The notes under the pieces are model-generated. The model saw only the letters and a program-made list of their open reading frames with translations, made no database searches and was not told where the DNA came from. Both the position numbers and the translations under genes were made by a program. Of a stretch of 64,000 nt of DNA, positions 1-13,869 are shown in pieces; the first letter of the stretch is position 1, and every line of letters starts with the position of its first letter. The DNA is from the human T2T-CHM13v2.0 reference genome, Homo sapiens: NCBI RefSeq assembly GCF_009914755.1, contig NC_060933.1. The stretch is one strand, 5' to 3'.

Positions 1-489
1 TGCCATTCCCCTGCACTCGCGTTTATTCCATTCCATTCCATTCTATTCCATTCCATTCCCTTCCTTTCCGTTCCTTTCCATTCCATTCCATTCCATTCCA
101 TTCCGTTCCGTTCCATTCCATTCCATTCCATTCTATTCGGGTTAATTCCATTCCATTCCATTCGATTGCAATCGAGTTGATTCCATTCCATTCCATTCCA
201 TTCCATTCCATTCCATTCCATTCCTTTCCATTCCATTACGGATGATTCCATTCCATTGCATTCCATTCCATTCCATTCCCCTGTACTCGGGTTGATTCCA
301 TTCCATTCCATTCCAATCCATGCCATTCCACTCGTGTTGATTCAATTCTTTCCATTCCATTGAAGTTGAATCCATTCCATTGCATTCCATTTCATTCGAT
401 TCCATTCGATTGCACTCGGGTTGATTCCATTCCATTGCATTCCATTCCATTCCATTCCATTCCATTCCATTCCGTTCCATTCCATTCCA

Positions 490-3400
490 TTACATTCGGA
501 TTGATTCTATTCAATTCCGTTACACTCCATTACATTCCATTCCATTCGGGTAGTTTCCATTCCATTCCATTCCATTCCTCTCCATTCCAAGGAACTCGGG
601 TTGATTCCATTCCATTGCATTCCATTCCATTCCATTCAATTCCATTCCGTTCCATTCCATTCCATTACATTCGGATTGATTCTATTCAACTCCCTTACTC
701 TCCATTACATTCCATTCCATTCGGGTTGTTCCATTCCATTCCATTCCATTCCACTCCATTCCATTGCACTCGGGTTTATTCCATTCCATTCCATTCCATT
801 CCATTCCATTCCGGAAGATTCCATTCCATTGCATTCCGTTCCATTCCATTCCCCTGCACTGGCGTTGATTCCATTCCATTCCATTCCATTCCATTCCATT
901 CCATTCCATTCCTTTCCGTTCCATTCCATTCCATTCCGTTCCATTCCAATCCATTCCATTCCGTTCCGTTCCGTTCCATTCCATTCCATTCCATTCTATT
1001 CGGGTTAATTCCATTCCATTCCGTTCGATTGCAATCGAGTTGATTCCATTCCATTCCATTCCATTCCATTCCATTCCTTTCCATTCCATTACGGATGATT
1101 CCATTCCATTGCATTCCATTCCATTCCATTCCCCTGTACTCGGGTTGATTCCATTCCATTCCATTCCAATCCATGCCATTCCACTCGTGTTGATTCCATT
1201 CTTTCCATTCCATTCAAGTTGAATCCATTCCATTGCATTCCATTCCATTCCATTCCCCTGCAGTCGGGTTGTTTCCATTCCATTCCATTCCATTCCAATC
1301 CATTCCATTCCATTCCGTTCCGTTCCATTCCATTCCATTCCATTCTATTCGGGTTAATTCCATTCCATTCCATTCCATTCCATTCCATTCCATTCCATTC
1401 CATTCCAATCGAGTTGATTCCATTCCATTCCATTCCATTCCATTCCACTCCATTTCAGTCCTTTCCATTCCATTCCACTCGGGTTGATTCCAATTTATTC
1501 CTTTCCATTCCATTCCATTCCATTGCAATCGAGTTGATTCCATTGCTTTGCATTCCATTCCATTCCATTCCATTCCGGATGATTCCATTCCATTGCATTC
1601 CATTCCATTCCATTCCCCTGCACTCGGGTTGATTCCATTCCATTCCACTCCATTCCGTTCCATTCCATTCCATTCCATTGTATTCGGGTTAATTCTATTC
1701 CATTCCATTCCATTCCATTCCATTCCATTCCATTACAATCGAGTTGATTCCATTCCATTCCATTCCATTCCAGTCCTTTCCATTCCATTCCACTCGGGTT
1801 GATTCCATTCTATTAGTTTCCATTCCATTCCATTCCCTTCCATTCCACTCTGGTTGATTCCATTCCTTTCCATTCCACTCGAATACATTCCCTCCTATTC
1901 CCCTCGGAACGATTCCATTCCATTCCATTCCATTCCATTCCATTCCATGCCATTTCGTTCCATTCCATTCCATTCCGTATCATTCCATTCCATTCCATTC
2001 CATTCCATTCCATTCCATTCCATTCCGTTCCATTCCATTCCATTACATTCGGATTGATTCTATTCAATTCCGTTACACTCCATTACATTCCATTCCATTC
2101 GGGTAGTTTCCATTCCATTCCATTCCATTCCTCTCCATTCCAAGGAACTCGGGTTGATTCCATTCCATTGCATTCCATTCCATTCCATTCAATTCCATTC
2201 CGTTCCATTCCATTCCATTACATTCGGATTGATTCTATTCAACTCCCTTACTCTCCATTACATTCCATTCCATTCGGGTTGTTCCATTCCATTCCATTCC
2301 ATTCCACTCCATTCCATTGCACTCGGTTTTATTCCATTCCATTCCATTCCATTCCATTCCATTCCGGAAGATTCCATTCCATTGCATTCCGTTCCATTCC
2401 ATTCCCCTGCACTTGCGTTGATTCCATTCCATTCCATTCCATTCCATTCCATTCCATTCCATTCCTTTCCGTTCCATTCCATTCCATTCCGTTCCATTCC
2501 AATCCATTCCATTCCGTTCCGTTCCGTTCCATTCCATTCCATTCCATTCTATTCGGGTTAATTCCATTCCATTCCGTTCGATTGCAATCGAGTTGATTCC
2601 ATTCCATTCCATTCCATTCCATTCCATTCCTTTCCATTCCATTACGGATGATTCCATTCCATTGCATTCCATTCCATTCCATTCCCCTGTACTCGGGTTG
2701 ATTCCATTCCATTCCATTCCAATCCATGCCATTCCACTCGTGTTGATTCCATTCTTTCCATTCCATTCAAGTTGAATCCATTCCATTGCATTCCATTCCA
2801 TTCCATTCCCCTGCAGTCGGGTTGTTTCCATTCCATTCCATTCCATTCCATTCCATTCCATTCCATTCCGTTCCGTTCCATTCCATTCCATTCCATTCTA
2901 TTCGGGTTAATTCCATTCCATTCCATTCCATTCCATTCCATTCCATTCCATTCCATTGCATTCCATTCCAATCGAGTTGATTCCATTCCATTCCATTCCA
3001 TTCCATTCCATTCCACTCCATTCCAGTCCTTTCCATTCCATTCCACTCGTGTTGATTCCAATGTATTCCTTTCCATTCCATTCCATTCCATTGCAATCGA
3101 GTTGATTCCATTGCTTTGCATTCCATTCCATTCCATTCCATTCCGGATGATTCCATTCCATTGCATTCCATTCCATTCCATTCCCCTGCACTCGGGTTGA
3201 TTCCATTCCATTCCACTCCATTCCGTTCCATTCCATTCCATTCCATTGTATTCGGGTTAATTCTATTCCATTCCATTCCATTCCATTCCATTCCATTCCA
3301 TTCCATTACAATCGAGTTGATTCCATTCCATTCCATTCCATTCCAGTCCTTTCCATTCCATTCCACTCGGGTTGATTCCATTCTATTAGTTTCCATTCCA

Positions 3401-3560
3401 TTCCATTCCCTTCCATTCCACTCTGGTTGATTCCATTCCTTTCCATTCCACTCGAGTACATTCCCTCCTATTCCCCTCGGAACGATTCCATTCCATTCCA
3501 TTCCATTCCATTCCATTCCATGCCATTTCGTTCCATTCCATTCCATTCCGTATCATTCCA
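490..3560 (+). repeat. Tandem duplication, two copies of about 1.55 kb
   Basis: Rare variants recur at offset 1553-1573: CAATTCCGTTACAC (~512/2065), CCAAGGAACTCGGG (~587/2140), CCCTCGGAACG (~1901/3474). ORF pairs 601/2154, 682/2235 and 1040/2593 are near-identical. Confidence 0.88.
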
Positions 3561-6500
3561 CTCCATTCCATTCCATTCCATTCCATTCCATTCCATTCCA
3601 TTGTACTCCGGTTGATTCCATTCCATTGCATTCCATTTCATTCCATTCCACTCCATTCCGTTGCATTCCATTCCATTACATTCGGATTGATTCTATTAAA
3701 CTCCCTTACTCTCCATTACATTCCATTCCATTCGGGTATTTCCCATTCCATTCCATTCCATTCCACTCCATTCCATTGCACTCGGGTTGATTCCATTCCA
3801 TTCCATTCCATTCCGGATGATTCCATTCCATTGCATTCCATTCCATTACATTCTATTCCGTACCATTCCATTCCTTTCCATACCATTCCATTCCATTCCA
3901 TTCCATTCCATTCCATTCCATTCCATTCCATTCTATTCGGATTAATTCCATTCCAGTCCATTCCATTCCATTGTATTCCATTCCATTGCAATCGAGTTGA
4001 ATCCATTGCATTTCATTCCATTCCATTCCATTCCATTCCATTCCATTCCATTCCATTCCGGAAGATTCCATTCCATTGCATTCCATTCCATTCCATTCCC
4101 CTGCACTCGAGGTGATTCCATTCCATTCCATTCCATTCCATTCCATTCCATTCCATTCCATTCCATTCCATTCCATTCCGTTCCGTTCCCTTCCTCTCCA
4201 TTCCATTCCGTTCCGTTCCATTCCATTCCATTCCATTCCATTCCATTTCGTTCCATTCCATTCTATTCCTTATCTTTCCATTCCATTCCATGCCATTCCA
4301 TTCCATTCCATTCCATTCCATTCCACTCGTGTTGATTCCATTCCTTTCCATTCCATTCGGTTTGAAGGTATTCCAATCCATTCCATTCCATTCCATTCCA
4401 TTCCATTCCATTCCATTGTACTCAGGTTGATTCCATTCCATTGCATTCAATTCCATTCCATTCCATTCCATTCCGTTTCATTCCATTCCATTACATTCGG
4501 ATTGATTCTATTCAACTCCCTTACTCTCCATTTCATTCCATTCCATTCGGGTTGTTCCATTCATTCCATTCCATTCCACTCCATTCCATTGCACTCGGGT
4601 TGATTCCACTCCATTCCATTCCATTCCATTCCATTCCGGATGATTCCATTCCATTGCATTCCGTTCCATTACATTCCCCTGCACTCGCGTTGATTCCATT
4701 CCATTCCATTCCATTCCATTCCATTCAATTCCATTCCATTACAATTCGTTCTATTCCATTCTATTCCGTAGCATTCCGTTTCATTCCATACCATTCCATT
4801 CCATTCCATTCCATTCCATTCCATTCCATTCCATTCCGTTCCATTCTGTTCCATTCCATTACATTCCATTCTATTCGGATTAATTCCACTCCATTCCATT
4901 CCATTCAATTCTATTCCATTCCATTGCAATCAAGTTGAATCCATTGCATTTCATTCCATTCCATTCCATTCCATTCCATTCCATTCCGGAAGATTCCATT
5001 CCATTGCATTCCATTCCATTCCATTCCCCTGCACTCGCGTTGATTCCATTCCATTCCATTCCATTCCATTCCATTCCGTTCCGTTCCATTCCATTCCATT
5101 GCATTCCATTCCATTCCATTACGTTCCGTTCCATTCCATTCCATTCCAGTCTATTCGGGTTAATTCCATTCCATTCCATTCGATTGCAATCGTGTTGATT
5201 CCATTCCATTCCATTCCATTCCATTCCATTCCATTCCATTCCTTTCCATTCCATTACGGATGATTCCATTCCATTGCATTCCATTCCATTCCATTCCCCT
5301 GTACTCGGGTTGATTCCATTCCATTGCATTCCAATCCATGCCCTTCCACTCGTGTTGATTCCATTCTTTCCTTTCCATTCAAATTGAATCCATTCCATTG
5401 CGTTCCATTCCATTCGATTCCATTCGATTGCACTCGGGTTGATTCCATTCCATTGCATCCCATTCCATTCCATTCAATTCCATTCCGTTCCATTCCATTC
5501 CATTACATTCGGATTGATTCTATTCAACTCCCTGTGTCTCCATTACATTCCATTCCATTCGGGTTGTTCCATTCCATTCCATTCCATTCCACTCCATTCC
5601 ATTGCACTCGGGTTTATTCCATTCCATTCCATTCCATTCCATTCAATTCCATTCCATTCCGGAAGATTGCATTCCATTGCATTCCATTCCATTCCATTCC
5701 CCTGCACTCGCGTTGATTCCATTCCATTCCATTCCATTCCATTCCATTCCATTCCATTCCATTCCTTTCCGTTCCATTCCATTCCATTCCATTCCATTCC
5801 GTTGCGTTCCATTCCATTCCATTACATTCGGATTGATTCTATTCAATTCACTTACACTCCATTACATTCCATTCCATTCGGGTAGTTTCCATTGCATTCC
5901 ATTCCATTCCTCTCCATTCCATTGCACTCGGGTTGATTCCATTCCATTGCATTCCATTCCATTCCATTCCATTCAATTCCATTCCGTTCCATTCCATTCC
6001 ATTGTACTCGGGTTGATTCCATTCCATTGCATTCCATTCCATTCCATTCCATTCCGTTCCGTTGCATTCCATTCCATTACATTCGGATTGATTCTATTCA
6101 ACTCCCTTACTCTCCATTACATTCCATTCCATTCGGGTTGTTCCATTCCATTCCATTCCATTCCACTCCATTCCATTGCACTCGGGTTGATTCCATTCCA
6201 TTCCATTCCATTCCATTCCATTCCATTCCATTCCATTCCGGATGATTCCATTCCATTGCATTCCGTTCCATTACATTCCCCTGCACTCGCGTTGATTCCA
6301 TTCCATTCCATTCCATTCCATTCAATTCCATTCCATTACAATTCGTTCCATTCCATTCTATTCCGTACTATTCCATTCCATTCCATACCATTCCATTCCA
6401 TTCCATTCCATTCCATTCCATTCCTTTCCGTTCCATTCTGTTCCATTCCATTCCATTCCATTCTATTCGGGTTAATTCCATTCCATTCCATTCCTTTCCA

Positions 6501-9500
6501 TTCCATTACGGATGATTCCATTCCATTGAATTCCATTCCATTCCATTCCCCTCTACTCGGGTTGATTCCATTCCATTCCATTCCAATCCATGCCATTCCA
6601 CTCGTGTTGATTCCATTCTTTCCATTCCATTCAAGTTGAATGCATTCCATTGCATTCCATTCCATTCCATTCCCCTGCAGTCGGGTTGATTCCATTCCAT
6701 TCCATTCCATTCCATTCCATTCCATTCCATTCTGTTCCGTTCCGTTCCATTCCATTCCATTCCATTCTATTCGGGTTAATTCCATTCCATTCCATTCCAT
6801 TCCATTCCAATCGAATTGATTCCATTCCATTCCATTCCATTCCATTCCATTCCATTCCATTCCAGTCCTTTCCATTCCATTCCACTCGGGTTGATTCCAA
6901 TGTATTCCTTTCCATTCCATTCCATTCCATTGAAATCGAGTTGATTCCATTGCTTTGCATTCCATTCCATTCCATTCCATTCCGGATGATTCCATTCCAT
7001 TGCATTCCATTCCATTCCATTCCCCTGCACTCGGGTTGATTCCATTCCATTCCACTCCATTCCGTTCCATTCCATTCCATTCCATTGTATTCGGGTTAAT
7101 TCCATTCCATTCCATTCCATTCCATTCCATTCCATTCCATTCCATTCCATTACAATCGAGTTGATTCCATTCCATTCCATTCCATTCCATTCCATTCCAG
7201 TCCTTTCCATTCCATTCCATTCCATTCTATTCGGTTTAATTCCATTCCATTCCATTCCATTCCATTCCATTCTATTCCATTCCATTCCCTTCCTTTCCTT
7301 TCCGTTCCGTTCCATTCCATTCCATTCCATTCCATTCCATTCCATTCTATTCCATTCCATGGCAATCGAGTTGAATGCATTGCATTCCATTCCATTCCAT
7401 TCCATTCCATTCCATTCCATTCCATTCCATTCCGGAAGATTCCATTCCATTGCATTCCATTCCATTCCATTCCATTCCATTCCATTCCATTCCATTCCAT
7501 TCCATTTCATTGTACTCGGGTTGATTCCATTCCATTGCATTCCATTCCACTACATTCCATTCCATTCCGTTGCATTCCATTCCATTACATTCGGATTGAT
7601 TCTATTCAACCCCCTTACTCTCCATTACATTCCATTCCATTCGGGTTGTTCCATTATATTCCATTCCATTCCACTCCATTCCATTGCTCTCGGGTTGATT
7701 CCATTCCATTCCATTCCATTCCATTCCATTCCATTACGGATGATTCCATTCCATTGCATTCCGTTCCATTACATTCCCCTAAACTCGCGTTGATTCCATT
7801 CCATTCCATTCCATTCCATTCCATTCCGTTCCATTACAATTCGCTCCATTCCATTCTATTCCATACCATTCCATTCCATTCCATACCATTCCATTGCATT
7901 CCATTCCATTCCATTCCGTTCCATTCCGTTCCATTCCATTCCATTCCATTCCATTCGGGTTAATTCCATTCCATTCCATTCCATTCCATTCCATTCCATT
8001 CCATTCTATTCCATTCCATTGCAATCGAGTTGAATCCATTGCATTTCATTCCATTCCATTCCATTCCGGAAGATTCCATTCCATTGCATTCCATTCCATT
8101 CCATTCCCCTGCACTCGCGTTGATTCCATTCCATTCCATTCCATTCCATTCCATTCCATTCCGTTCCATTCCGTTCCATTCCATTCCATTCCATTCCGTT
8201 CCGTTACATTCCATTCCATTCCATTCTATTCGGGTTAATTCCATTCCATTCCATTCGATTGCAATCGAGTTGATTCCATTCCATTCCATTCCATTCCATT
8301 CCATTCCATTCCTTTCCATTCCATTACGGATGATTCCATTCCATTGCATTCCATTCCATTCCATTCCCCTGTACTCGGCTTGATTCCATTCCATTCTATT
8401 CCAATCCATGCCATTCCACTCGTGTTGATTCCATTCTTTCCATTCCATTCAAGTTGAATCCATTCCATTGCATTCCATTCCATTCGATTCCATTCGATTG
8501 CACTCGGATTGATTCCATTCCATTGCATTCCATTCCATTCCATTCCATTCCATTCCATTCCATTCCATTCCCTTCCATTCCATTCCATTACATTCGGATT
8601 CATTCTATTCAACTCCCTTACTCTCCATTCCATTCCATTCCATTCGGGTTGTTCCATTCCATTCCATTCCATTCCATTCCATTCCATTGCACTCGGGTTT
8701 ATTCCATTCCATTCCATTCCATTCCATTCCATTCCGGAAGATTCCATTCCATTGCATTCCATTCCATTCCATTCCCCTGCACTCGCGTTGATTCCATTCC
8801 ATTCCATTCCATTCCATTCCATTCCATTCCATTCCATCCCTTTCCGTTACATTCCATTCCATTCCATTCCATTCCAATCCATTCCATTCCGTTCCGTTCC
8901 ATTCCATTCCAATCCATTCCATTCTATTCGGTTTAATTCCATTCCATTCCATTTGATTGCAATCGAGTTGATTCCATTCCATTCCATTCCATTCCATTCC
9001 ATTCCATTATATTCCTTTCCATTCCATTACGGATGATTCCATTCCATTGCATTCCATTCCATTCCATTCCCCTGTAATCGGGTTGATTCTATTCCATTCC
9101 ATTCCAATCCATGCCATTCCACTCGTGTTGATTCCATTCTTTCCATTCCATTCAAGTTGAATCCATTCCATTGCATTCCATTCCATTCCATTCCCCTGCA
9201 GTCGGGTTGATTCCATTCCATTCCATTCCATTCCATTCCATTCCATTCCATTCCATTCCGTTCCGTTACATTCCATTCCACTCCATTCTCTTCGGGTTAA
9301 TTCCATTCCATTCCATTACATTCCATTCCATTCCAATCGAGTTGATTCCATTCCATTCCATTCCATTCCATTCCACTCCATTCCACTCCTTTCCATTCCA
9401 TTCCACTCGGGTTGATTCCAATGTATTCCTTTCCATTCCATTCCATTCCATTGCAATCGAGTTGATTCCATTGCTTTGCATTCCATTCCATTCCATTCCA

Positions 9501-12500
9501 TTCCGGATGATTCCATTCCGTTGCATTCCATACCATTCTAATCCCCTGCACTCGGGTTGATTCCATTCCATTCCACTCCATTCTGTTCCATTCCATTCCA
9601 TTCCATTGTATTCGGGTTAATTCCATTCCATTCCATTCCATTCCATTCCATTCCATTACAATCGAGTTGATTCCATTCCATTCCATTCCATTCCAGTCCT
9701 TTCCATTCCACTCCACTCGGGTTGATTCCATTCTATTAGTTTCCATTCCATTCCATTCCCTTCCATTCCAATCTGGTTGATTCCATTCCTTTCCATTCCA
9801 CTCGAATACATTCCCTCCTATTCCACTCGGAACGATTCCATTCCATTCCATTCCATTCCATTGTACTCGGGTTGATTCCATTCCATTGCATTCCATTCCA
9901 TTCCATTCCATTCCATTCCGTTGCATTCCATTCCATTACATTCGGATTCATTCTATTCAACTCCCTTACTCTCCATTACATTCCATTCCATTCGGGTTGT
10001 TCCATTCCATTCCATTCCATTCCATTCCATTCCATTTCACTCGGGTTGATTCCATTCCATTCCATTCCTTTCCATTCCATTCCATTCCGGATGATTCCAT
10101 TCCATTGCATTCCGTTCCATTACATTCCCCTGCTCTCGCGTTGATTCCATTCCATTCCATTCCATTCCATTCAATCCCATTCCATTACAGTTCGTTCCAT
10201 TCCATTCTATTCCGTACCATTCCATTCCATTCCATACCATTCCATTCCATTCCATTCCATTCCATTCCATTCGGTTCCATTCCGTTCCATTCCATTCCAT
10301 TCCATTCTATTCGGATTAATTCCATTCCATTCCATTCCATTCCATTCTATTCCATTCCATTGCAATCGAGTTGAATCCATTGCATTTCATTCCATTGCAT
10401 TCAATTCCATTCCATTCCGGAAGATTCCATTCCATTGCATTCCATTCCATTCCATTCCCCTGCACTCGCTTTGATTCCATTCCATTCCATTCCATTCCAT
10501 TCCATTCCATTCCGTTCCGTTCCATTCCATTCAATTCCATTCCATTCCATTCCATTCCGTTCCGTTCCATTCCATTCCATTCCATTCTATTCGGGTTAAT
10601 TCCATTCCATTCCATTCGATTGCAATCGAGTTGATTCCATTCCATTCCATTCCATTCCATTCCATTCCATTCCATTCCATTCCATTACTTTCCATTCCAT
10701 TACGGATGATTCCATTCCATTGCATTCCATTGCATTCCATTCCCCTGTACTCAGGTTGATTCCATTCCATTCCATTCCATCCCATGCCATTCCACTCGTG
10801 TTGATTCCATTCCATTCCATTCCATTCCATTCGATTCCATTCCATTCCAATTCTTTCCATTCCATTTTATTCCGTACCATTCCATTCCATTCCATACAAT
10901 TCCATTCCACTCCATTCCACTCTGTTCCGTTCCGTTCTGTTCCGTTCCGTTCCATTCCATTCCATTCCATTCTATTCGGTTTAATTCCATTCCATTACAT
11001 TCCGTTCCATTGCAATCGAGTTGAATCCATTGCATTCCATTCCATTCCATTCCATTCCATTCCATTCCATTCCGGAAGATTCCATTCCATTGCATTCCAT
11101 TCCATTCCATTCCATTCCATTCCATTCCATTCCATTCCATTCCATTGTAGTCGGGTTGATTCCATTCCATTGCATTCCATTCCATTCCATTCCATTCCAT
11201 TCCATTCGGTTCCATTCCATTCCATTCCATTCGGATTGATTCTTTTCAACTCCCTTACTCTCCATTACATTCCATTTCATTCGGGTTGTTCCATTCCATT
11301 CCATTCCATTCCACTCCATTCCATTGCAATCGGGTTGATTCCATTCCATTCCATTGCATTCCATTCCGGATGATTCCATTGCATTCCGTTCCATTACATT
11401 CCCCAGCACTCGCGTTGATTCCATTCCATTCCATTCCATTCCATTCCGTTCCGTTCCGTTCCATTCCATTCCATTCCATTCTATTCGGGTTAATTCCATT
11501 CCATTCCATTCGATTGCAATCGAGTTGATTCCATTCCATTCCATTCCATTCCATTCCATTCCATTCCATTCCAGGCCTTTCCATTCCATTACTGATGATT
11601 CCATTCCATTGCATTCCATTCCATTCCATTCCCCTGTACTCGGGTTGATTCCATTCCATTCCATTCCAATCCATGACATTCCACTCGTGTTGATTCCATT
11701 CTTTCCTTTCCATTCAAGTTGAATCCATTCCATTGCATTCCATTCCATTCGATTCCATTCGATTGCACTCGGGTTGATTCCATTCCATTGCATTCCATTC
11801 CATTCCATTCCATTCCATTCCATTCCGTTCCATTCCATTTCATTACATTCAGATTGATTCTATTCAATTCCCTTACACTCCATTATATTCCAATCCATTC
11901 TGGTTGTTTCCATTCCATTCCATTCCATTTCACTCCATTCAATTGCACTCGGGTTGATTCCATTCCATTCCATTCCATTCCATTCCATTCCGGATGATTC
12001 CATTCCATTGCATTCCATTCCATTCCATTCCCCTGCACTCGTGTTGATTCCATTCCATTCCATTACATTACATTCGGTTCCATTACATTCCATTCTATTC
12101 GGATTTATTCTATTCAATTCCCTTACACTTCATTACATTCCATTCCATTCGGGTAGTTTCCATTCCATTCCATTCCTTTCCTCTCTATTCCATTGCACTC
12201 GGGTTGATTCCATTCCATTCCATTCCATTCCATTCCATTCCATTCCATTCCATTCCTTTCCATTCCATGCCTTTCCATTTCATTCCATTCCATTGTACTC
12301 GTGTTGATTCCATTCCATTGCATTCCATTCCATTCCATTCCATTCCGTTCCGTTCCATTCCATTCCATTACATTCGGATTGATTCTATTCAACTCCCTTA
12401 CTCTCCATTACATTCGATTCCATTCTGGTTGTTCCATTCCATTCCATTCCATTCCAATCCATTCCATTGCACTCGGGTTTATTCCATTCCATTCCATTCC

Positions 12501-13869
12501 ATTCCGGAAGATTCCATTCCATTGCATTCCATTACATTCCGTTCCCCTGCACTCGCGTTGATTCCATTCCATTCCATTCCATTCCAATCCATTCCATTCC
12601 ATTCCATTCCATTCCATTCCTTTCCGTTCCATTCCATTCCATTCCATTCCATTCCATTCCATTCCATTCCGTTCCGTTCCGTTCCATTCCATTCCATTCC
12701 ATTCTATTCGGGTTAATTCCATTCCATTCCATTCGATTTCAATCGAGTTGATTCCATTCCATTCCATTGCATTCCATTCCATTCCCCTGTACTCGGGTTG
12801 ATTCCATTCCATTCCATTCTAATCCATGCCATTCCACTCGTGTTGATTCCATTCTTTCCATTCCATTCAAGTTGAATCCATTCCATTGCATTCCATTCCA
12901 TTCGATTCCATTCGATTGCATTCGGGTTGATTCCATTCCATTGCATTCCATTCCATTCCATTTCATTCCATTCCATTCCTTTCCATTCCATTCCATTCCT
13001 TTCCTTTCCATTGCAATCGAGTTGATTCCATTCCATTCCTTTCCATTCCATTCCATTGCCTTGCATTCCACTCGGGTTGATTCCATTCCCTTCATTCCAC
13101 TCCATTACATTCCCTTCCATTCAACTCGGAATGATTGATTCCATTCCATTCCATTCCATTTCATTCCATTGCAATCCATTCCAATCCATTCCATTCCATT
13201 CCATTCCACTCGAGTTGACTTCATTCCATTCCTTTCCATTCCATTCCATTCCTTTCCACTCGAGTTGATTCCATTCCATTCCATTCCATTGCATTCCATT
13301 CCATGCCATTCCACTCGGGTTGATTCCATTCCATTCCATTCCATTCCATTCCATTCCATTCCATTCCATTCCATTGCATTCCATTCCATTCCATTCCATT
13401 GCATTCCATTCCATTCCATTCCCCTGCACTCGGGTTGATTCCATTCCATTCCATTCCATTCCATTTCATTCCATTCCATTCCATTCCATTCCATTCCATT
13501 CCATTCCATTCCATTCCATTCCATTCCATTTCGTTCCATTCTATTCTATTCCGTATCATTCCATTCCATTCCATTCCATTCCATTCCAGTCCATTCCACT
13601 CCATTCCATTCCATTCCATTCCATTCCATTCCACTCGTGTTGATTCCATTCCTTTCCATTCCATTAGGTTTGAAGGCATTCCATTCCATTCCATTCCATT
13701 CCATTCCATTCCATTCCATTCCATTCCATTGTACTCGGGTTGATTCCATTCCATTGCATTCCATTCCATTCCATTCCGGATGACTCCATTCCATTGCATT
13801 CCATTCCATTCCATTCCCCTGCACTCGGGTTGATTCCATTAAATTCCATTCCATTACATTCCGTTCCAT

